A stretch of 64,000 bases of DNA from Chrysomallon squamiferum (taxonomy: Eukaryota; Animalia; Mollusca). A program made the position numbers and the translations under genes. Within the stretch, counting starts at the first letter, position 1; the number at the start of each line of letters is the position of its first letter. The notes below the pieces were generated by a model. That model was not told the origin of the DNA. It searched no databases and saw only the letters and a list, made by a program, of their open reading frames with translations. The stretch spans positions 12,896,001-12,960,000 of the forward strand of contig CM022674.1 of the NCBI GenBank assembly GCA_012295275.1. The letters are read 5' to 3'. Positions 54,953 to 64,000 of the stretch are shown here, in pieces.

Positions 54953-55055
54953 TAACTCCGCATTTCTGACTGCATCCACTGAAATTAAACGCGCTTCATG
55001 TCGCAGAAACCAGTGTAATAAGTTTCTGTGTTTTTTGCAAATCATTATTTTCAGA
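54410..55055. promoter_or_regulatory. Probable bidirectional CDCA3/USP5 promoter
   Basis: Lies between divergent genes. TTTGAA (CHR-like) at 54499-54504 next to TTCGCGC, CCAAT at 54518-54522, TCGCGAGA at 54547 and ATTGG at 54565-54569. Confidence 0.55.
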
Positions 55056-55070
55056 AATCATAGGACAGCG

Positions 55071-58000
55071 ATGTCGGCTTTAGATATTTTGAGAAGACAT
55101 TTGTCCAGTGTCAAAACGCCTGTAGGGGGAGAAAAAGTGTACAAAGATGAATGCGTTTACTCTTTTGACAATCCAGTTAGTTTGTTATTTATGTGATGAT
55201 TTTGTCTGTTTTCGATACAATAATTACTCGTTTTGTTCTTGAACTTTGTTTTATTTTATTTCTGCAGTTATCCTCGATGTATATTCATTTTTTTACTTTC
55301 ATTTACATTTTCGTATTTAATGTATTTAATTATTTTTACTTGAAATAATAAAGGTTAATTCTGATATTGTAGATAAGTTTATAACTAACGTCCTCTTATT
55401 TCTAAATTATCAAATTTCAAACAATCGATGTGAATCTAAAGTTTAAATTATATTTTGGTCATTGTCTTTAATAATATAAAAATAACTTTTAATCTTCTTT
55501 ATTCAAAGTCATTTATTAATATGCTGGGTTGTTTTTTTGCATCTTAAATCGTTTTCCTTTTTATAATTAAAATATATATTTATAAAAAGATTTATGCTAT
55601 AGATTTACATATTTATTATTATTAATTTACAGGAAAGTGAAAATGGACTGTATGTTTGTATGAAAACATTTTTAGGATTTGGAAAGAAACATGTCATGAG
55701 ACATTTTCAGAAAACAGGGAATGCAGTGTATTTGAACATAAAGAGAATCAGAAAAGAGGTAAGCTGTGTAATGCTTCAGCTGCATCACCCTGTACTCATT
55801 CTTGTCTGATGTGGTTTTACAGAAAGTTGCACATTAAAACAAATAATAGTAATAATTTGAGAATAATAAAAAAACAAATCACCAGAATTAATGGCTTGAA
55901 TTGATGCATATAATTATGTTATCTAAGTGTGCTTTTTATTTTATATTGCATCTCTACTTCAAGTGTACTTGGTTTTAAAGTGCATTATTTAATTACTCTA
56001 TCCATATTGTTTTTACAGTATTAATATTTAGAATCATTGCTAATAAAAAATTTGAAGGAAAAAATGTATTCTTATACTAATCAATATATTTACCTGCATA
56101 ATTAACCTGTTTAGAGTTTTGATAGTAATGGCCACGTTGCACAAGAGTTGGAGCTGAAATTATTATTTTAGATTTCTTATTTGTTGGCTTTACATAAGAG
56201 TTTCCACTTGAGGTTCTCTTGATGAGTTAATAACCAAAATAGCTAGCAAATAAAAATGTGTTTTATTTTATAAGTTAGTAAATCATTTCCAGAAATTGAT
56301 AAAATCATCTTTAAAACAATTCTTTAATCTTAATGGTGAACAAATTTCCAAAGCTTGACGAATGACTTGTTTTATTTGTTGTAGATACCTGCAGATAAAC
56401 TTCCTTCTGCTATAGAGAAGCCAACAAAACTTGCCATAGGTAAACAAAGTAAAATATACATCGTAGATATATATATATATATAGTGATGTTGAAAATGAT
56501 AACATAACTGAGGCTGATAAATTTTTTTTTTTTTTGTAACATTAAACTAGCTTTGCATTCTGGAATCAAAATGGGGAAATGATTTCACATAAACAGAATG
56601 AAATTTACTGTCTGATACTGTTACAGACTCTGCAGTATATATTTTTATTACTAACTAAAACTAGGAATACATAAGTAAATAATACTTATTTCATACACTT
56701 ATTATTTTCTGATAATTTTACAAACTTTATGAGCAAAAAATTTGTCACAAACTGTATAATGTGTCTGTTTTAATTTTTAAGAATTTATGAGTAAACGATA
56801 TTATCTACTAAAATATATTCTCTTATTCTGAAATTTATTAATTTTAAGTATTATTTTGTTTATTACTTAGTGAATAAATGTACAAACATAAATATATACA
56901 TTCATATTTATTGCCTTGCAAGTATAATATACCTGTATTATTTTATTTTTTATTTAGCTGTTTATGAGTATATTTTATTTATTAATGTATATTTCAGGAG
57001 TGGAAGGTGGTTTCCAAGTAGATGAGAAGAAATTTAAATTTGAGGAACGAACTGCAATTGTTATTTTACCTGATTTCACTGAAATACCGTTCCCAAATCA
57101 AAATATACCAGATATAGTGAGCTATAGAATATATTTGTATTTTTAGTTTCCATCATAATACTAATTTTGTTAAATGTTTCATCACTTTAAAAGAGAAGAA
57201 TTCTTTGCTGTGGAGTAATGGCTTTAATTTGTTTGTTGACACCAAATGTTTAATCTTTTTATGTAAGCCAGATTATCTGTTCTTTACAGTGGAATCAGCA
57301 GATTTATTTAATTTTTGAATTTTCATTTGGAAAGAACAAATTGATTAAAAAGAAGAAAAAAAACCCACAAATAAACCCAAACAATAAAATAAAATAATAA
57401 GAAGAAAATTAGTTAAAATAGAAATAATAATGATGAAGACAATAAAAGTATTTAATTATAATAATAACAAAACGGTAGTTGTAGTTGTAGTAATCATAAA
57501 GTATTGACACAAACAGTCTTTCTTTGACTAGGTTATTAATAATAATAATAACAAAACAGTAGTTGTAGTTGTAGTAATTGACACGTAAAGTGTTGACACA
57601 AAGAGTCTTTCTTTGACTAGGTTCAGTTGTCAGCTGAACGAATCCTTGCAGCTGAAGATGCATGGAAGTTGGAAGAAGCTGCCGCGATGGCAGGAACCTG
57701 GGAAGGAGAGACGAGAAAAGTTTCAAAGTTAGTGAAAACCTTTTGTATATAGCTTTACTAGTGTTAATTTTACTGTTAATATTAAAATGAACACCTCAGT
57801 CACAGTTTTTAAAAACAAGTTAGCAATAAGAAAGCTTTAAAATGGATATTCCCACATATGTAAATGTGTGTGTGTGTGTGTGTGTGGACACAAACACATA
57901 CAAACATACACTTTGATAAAACAATTACATTAAATTGTAAAAGTTAAAATTTCAGTCCAGTTATTTGACCGGTTTAATGAAAATTGCCCATTTTCCATAT

Positions 58001-60847
58001 TTTATTAGATTCCCTTCTTATTTATTGGTTTTTTATTATTATTATTATTATTATTTTTTTAAATCATTTGGATTCAATTTTTAGACTTTTTTTTTTTTTT
58101 TTCTCACTGTCAGTTTTAGAATTCTATTCTATTCCTTTTTTCATTTTTGTTTATTTGGAATTCTAAAATGCATTTATTTATTTTTATATTTTATTTATTT
58201 ATTTATTTATTTCAGACACGCAGACAACCTGTTACAGTTGGATAAACGACCCAAGATACCTCCGACTGGCTGGAAATGTGAGCAGTGTGAGTTAACCTCC
58301 AACCTCTGGCTCAACCTCACTGACGGCAGCATTCTGTGTGGTCGGCGCTTTTTTGACGGCAGTGGTGGCAACAACCACGCAGTGGAACACTACAACAGAG
58401 TGAAATATCCACTGGCTGTCAAACTAGGAACAATCACAGCTAACACTGGAGGTAAAAACAGTATGAATGATAGTTCTCCAGATCAATCCTTCACAGTGCC
58501 TCTTCTAGGTTATATCCCAGTCCAGTTATTACAGCATGACTGATTGATCATAGATCATAGCATGTGTTGTTTTTTTTTTTCCTTTATTGTAAAAAAAAAA
58601 AAAACTTAACGGTTGATAAGAATAGCATAAGATTTGGACTGGAAGCATTATGACACAAACAGTCAGGATGGTTATTTAAAAAAAAAAAATTGATGGCATG
58701 ATTTATTAATGAGGATGTAGTTTTTAATTTGTTCTCTGTAACTTATGTTTGCTGGATCAGATATCTGACATGTCTTCATTTGTAATTGTTTTTGTTTTTC
58801 ATATATTTATCTATCTGTGTTTATTTTCACCTTCAATATCTTTACCAATCTGCCAGTTACAAACTCATCTTTAAATGACAATTAAAAGTTGATATCTTTC
58901 CTGAAATAACTATAATTGCTTACACCTTAATAGTTGTCCTTATAGGAAATTTTAATTGTTTACAGGTTTTTATCATCTTCAAAAGTCCATCTAAAATTGT
59001 TTGAACTTCAAATTTGATAGCTGTAATTATATTCATCTCTCATATTTGTCATAGAACATCTGTTTGTAATTGCTTGCATCTCATTCATTTTGTGTTTGTA
59101 GATGTCTATTCCTATGATGAAGATGACATGGTGGAAGATCCTCATCTTGCTAAACATCTTGCTCATTTCGGAATAAATCTGTCAGCTTTAGAAAAGGTAG
59201 ACACAGTTTGAATTACCTCTGTCAAATATTTTAATATTCTTAGTCATACATACAGAATATATGTGTGTGTTTTTGATACATGTCTTGGATAAAGCTAGTT
59301 TTTAAAATTTCTATTATACTTGGAATTTTTATTATAGTTGGTCAGATATTTATATTTATTTATTTATTTTAATTTATTTTATTGTATTTTTATTTTTTTA
59401 TTTTACTAGTGTGTTGTTGTTGTTACTTAAAGAAATAATTAAAAAATAATGTAAAAAAAAATAAAAGAAAAAAGTTTATATATCAACTTTTAAACAATAT
59501 TTTGTCCACACATGTAAGAGAAAAAGTTTTTAAAATTATTAACCTCTCAAACATTATTCTGTGTATACATATAAACATATAATGATATTAAAACATGTGT
59601 TTTCCTGTTCCAGACAGAGAAAACAATGGTTGAGCTGGAAATTGATCTCAATCAGAAGATAGGTGAATGGGATGTCATTCAAGAAGCTGGAAGTAAGCTG
59701 ACGCCATTGTATGGACCAGGGTACACTGGGATGCGTAACCTTGGCAACAGCTGCTACATGAACTCAGTCATGCAGGTTCTTTTCACTGTTCCTGATTTTC
59801 AAAAAAAGTGAGTGATAAAATGTTTCTTAGCAACTCGAATCTCTCTCAGTAACTGCGGTGTTTCTTGAACTATGATATTTTTCAATTAAGAAATTCTGTT
59901 CTTTCCTAACAATCTTAGTATTTCTTAATAATAAATTTCTTAGCCAGAAATATGTCTTGTAGTAAACCAGCCTCTTAATAACTATTGTTATATTAATAAC
60001 TATTGTCTGTTAGCAACCAGTTTGAGAAAGAAAACAAAAACACCCAGTAATTTACTGTATTAGTTTTAACACAGAAAGAATGCTAAATTACTTTAAAAAA
60101 ATATGTAAGATTTTACTTTTAAAAACTGCAATGATGGTTAGTAATTAAAGATTATATGCATATGTCTGCTTAAGAAATGATAAATTATATGAAATTATTG
60201 TTTTTTAGTTTATTTTTACTATAAACTTTTTGTTTGCAATGTTTCAGATATTTTGACAAAAAAGAAGACATTTTTCAGAATTGTCCAGCTAACTGTGTTC
60301 AGGATTTCAATGTGCAGATGTAAGTAAAACACATTTCTGAAAATAAATAAATGAAAATGTTAATTATAAAGTTAACCTTGTATTGCATAAAAAAGTAAAG
60401 GAAACATAAAACAATTCTCTCATACTATTATTATTATTTGGAGACTTATCATATTAACATGTGTAGATGTTTAACAATGGATGCATTTTTTTGGATATAT
60501 TTAAATGATTTATTTATATATCTTTATTTGAATGTGAAAATAATGAAATTTTAAAAAAAAAAAAAAATAAAATATGCTTTGTATTTTTACTACAAAGTGA
60601 GAGACAAAATGTATACAGTGATAAATTTAAAAAATTTGTATTTTATACTGCAGCCAGACTAAACTGTCCATAAATATTTATTTTGTGCCATGATGTGCTG
60701 TGCTGTGTTATGTTTTATTTGTTATTTGTCATTTCAGGGCCAAATTAGGACATGGTTTGTTGTCAGGAGAATATTCTCAACCCCCGCCACCTGAAGCAGA
60801 ATTAGTGATACAGGTAAATTAATTTTTCATTATTATTATTTTTCTTA

Positions 60848-60906
<59 letters not shown>

Positions 60907-63051
60907 CATCTAAACCAATAATCCACATATACTGACATATAATTATGATAAAGCAATATGAACACTTAATTCTGATGAGGGCAGACACCTCTTACTCTCA
61001 GATTAGGTACACAGAATAGATCAATTCATTTATTTACTAGTTTTTAATTTTTTTTTTATTATTAATAAAAAAAAATTTTTTTGGGGTTATTGAGGTTTTG
61101 TTGTTATTAATTTATTTAATATATTTGTTTTGGGGGTTGTTGAGGTTTTGTTGTTGTTTTTTAGTATTAATTTATTTAATATATTTGTTTTGGGGGTTGT
61201 TGAGGTTTTGTTGTTGTTTTTTTAGTATTAATTTATTTAATATATTTGTTTTGGGGGTTGTTGAGTTTTTGTTTTTTGTTGTTTTTTAGTATTAATTTAT
61301 TTAATATATTTGTTTTGGGGGTTGTTGAGGTTTTTTGTTGTTTTTTAGTATTAATTTATTTAATATATTTGTTTTGGGGGTTGTTGTTTTTTTTTTTTTT
61401 TTGTTTTTTTATTATTAATTTATTTAATATATTTGTTTTGGGGTTGTTGAGTTTTTTGTTGTTGTTTTTAGTATTAATTTATTTAATATATTTGTTTTGG
61501 GGATTGTTGAGGTTTTTTTGTTGTTGGTTTTTTGTTGTTTTGTTGTTGTTTTTAGTATTAATTTATTTAATATATTATTTGTTTTTGGGGTTGTTGAGTT
61601 TTTTTTTGTTGTTTTTTATTTAATTTATTTAATATATTTGTTTTGGGGTTGTTGTTGTTGGGTTTTTTGTTTTTTTGTTTTTTTATTAATTTATTAATTT
61701 ATTTAATATATTTATTTTTGGGGGTTGTTTGGTTTTTTTTGTTGTTTTTAGTATTAATTTATTTAATATATTTGTTTTGGGGATTGTTGAGGTTTTGTTG
61801 TTGTTTTTTAGTATTAATTTATTTAATATATTTGTTTTGGGGGTTGTTGAGGTTTTTTGTTGTTTTTTAGTATTAATTTATTTAATATATTTGTTTTGGG
61901 GGTTGTTGAGGTTTTGTTGTTGTTTAGTATTAATTTATTTAATATATTCAAAAATGTATGTTAACAGCCTCCTTCAGGAATTAGACCTCAAATGTTTAAG
62001 ACGCTGATTGGCAAAGGACATCCAGAATTTTCAACAAAACGACAACAAGACTCCCAGGAATTCTTTCTACATCTTCTTAACCTGGTAGAGGTGAGTTTCA
62101 GTGTTCAGTTCTTATATCTCATCATCCTGGATATTCAGTGTTCTGTTCTTATATCTCATCATCCTGGATATTCAGTGTTCTGTTCTTATATCTCATCATC
62201 CTGTATATTCAGTGTTCTGTTCTTATATCTCATCATCCTGTATATTCAGTGTTCTGTTCTTATATCTCATCATCCTGGATATTAAGTGTTCTGTTCTTAT
62301 ATCTCATCATCCTGGATATTAAGTGTTCTGTTCTTATATCTCATCATCCTGTATATTCAGTGTTCAGTTCTTATATCTCATCATCCTGTATATTCAGTGT
62401 TCTGTTCTTATATCTCATCATCCTGGATATTCAGTGTTCTGTTCTTATATCTCATCATCCTGGATATTAAGTGTTCAGTTTTTATATCTCATCATCCTGG
62501 ATATTAAATGCTTGGTTTTTATATCTCATCATCCTGGATATTCAGTGTTCTGTTCTTATATCTCATCATCCTGGATATTAAGTGTTCAGTTTTTATATCT
62601 CATCATCCTGGATATTAAATGCTTGGTTTTTATAATTATATAATCCTCAATATTCAGTGCATAAACATAATTGTACAGAGCCATTAGAGAACTAAATAAA
62701 CAGAAAAGAAAACTGTTGTCCAAAACTAAATATCATTTTATAATAATGTTGTCATGTTAATGAATTTGTATCAGTATTTTGTTATTTTGAGGTTTAGTAA
62801 ACATATTTTTATTTTTATTTTCCCCACTGAGAACTCTTTGTTTGATTCACTAAGATACTGATGAAATAACAGCTGCCTGAAAGGAAAAGATTTAACAGAA
62901 GCTTCGATAGAAAAAGAAAAAAAATTATATATTTTTCATGATCATATTGTAATATGGAGAAGTGTTTGTTTTGTTATTGTTATTGTTTTTGTTTTTGTTT
63001 TTTGAATTTATTTTATTTTATTTCATGGTGTATTTAATTTTTTGTATTTTA

Positions 63052-63086
<35 letters not shown>

Positions 63087-63385
63087 TTATTTTACTTATT
63101 TATTTAACTTATTATTTTACTTATTTATTTATTGTTCTAGTTTATTTTATTTATTTATTTTATTTATTTTATTTATTTTATTTATTTTATTTCATTTTAT
63201 TTTATTTTTTTTGTTATTCATCCTTTTGTTGTATTTCAGAGAAACAGCAAGGGCACTGGTAATCCAGCAGACTGTTTCCCGGTTTGAGGTGGAAAAGTGC
63301 AGTGCACTGGTTCATTTGATAGAACACAAACAGATCTGACTTCTGCCTGTCTCTCCCAGTACCATGACAGAGCTGTCAATCAAAG
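55071..63385 (+). CDS. USP5: Ubiquitin carboxyl-terminal hydrolase 5 (isopeptidase T; USP5/USP13 family), 5' part; exons 55071-55175, 55633-55758, 56385-56439, 56998-57116, 57621-57727, 58216-58451, 59102-59196, 59614-59807, 60248-60319, 60738-60813, 61968-62090, about 63240-63385
   Basis: [14 protein letters not shown], ZnF-UBP ([28 protein letters not shown]), DVYSY.EDDMV, Cys box [18 protein letters not shown] and [16 protein letters not shown] junctions are phase-consistent; the gene continues past the window. Confidence 0.93.
61070..61950. repeat. Intronic minisatellite, about 60-bp unit (TAGTATTAATTTATTTAATATATTTGTTTTGGGGGTTGTTGAGG...)
   Basis: About 14 imperfect tandem copies in the USP5 intron before exon 61968. 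Confidence 0.9.
62096..62660. repeat. Intronic minisatellite, 37-bp unit ATATTCAGTGTTCTGTTCTTATATCTCATCATCCTGG
   Basis: About 15 near-perfect tandem copies starting immediately after the donor at 62091. Confidence 0.95.
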
Positions 63386-64000
63386 TGCAGTTATCTTTTC
63401 GACGTTTTTTAATTTAATGTCCCTGAAACATTATTCAATGTATTTTGTTTTTATGAATTATTTATTTTGCATTGCTTAAACTTTTTTTTTGAAATTATTG
63501 TTTTTCAATTATTTTTTATTTTACTTATTTAAAATTTGTTTTAATTTTTATTTTTTTTTTTACTGGTGAATTTAAAATTATAATTGTATTTTTATTGAAA
63601 TATCTTCAGTTATATTTCTAGTAAAATGTGACTAAAATCTAGTAAAAAAAACCAACATAAATATATATGATTCAGGTTTATAATATTTTAAAATAAACCT
63701 ATATTTAGTTTTTTATTTTTTTGTTTATTTTTTTATTTATTTATTTGTTTTTTTTTTTTTTTTTTTTAATTAAATCTTATGGCATAGTTATTCTTCATTT
63801 GGATAAATAATGAAAAAAATTAATGAATAATTCACAATTATATAACATAAACAGTATAAAAGAAAAGAAATATTATTATTAAAATTATATCTAACAGAAA
63901 ATGTATTCTTTGTATGGATGCATAAAGAAGAAAAAAGAAATTATGAATAATTTGCAATTATATAACATAAACAACAAATAATTTTGTTGTTGTTTTTACA

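Noticed and set aside
62096-62660. 37-bp repeat resembling a CRISPR repeat in length
   Set aside because: Units are directly adjacent with no unique spacers, there are no cas genes, and it lies in a eukaryotic intron.

Overview
AT-rich, microsatellite-dense animal genomic DNA; a mollusc or other lophotrochozoan is inferred but cannot be proven here. The centre (about 8.6-45.9 kb) is a young tandem array of seven intronless, near-identical 386-aa Cys-loop (pentameric ligand-gated ion channel) subunit genes. Six are intact; one carries a frameshift and a mutated TATA box. They have a cation-type pore but have lost the canonical acetylcholine-binding residues, and differences between copies cluster in the ligand-pocket loops. 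This resembles the organisation of cephalopod chemotactile receptors and suggests a diversifying chemosensory receptor cluster. An intact DHFR with an uninterrupted CDS is nested in the last array unit. The right third holds CDCA3 (minus strand) and USP5 (plus strand, truncated by the window end) head-to-head, as in human 12p13. The window also contains two pogo/Tigger-like MITEs, several minisatellites and a left region rich in promoter-like motifs, including RFX X-boxes.
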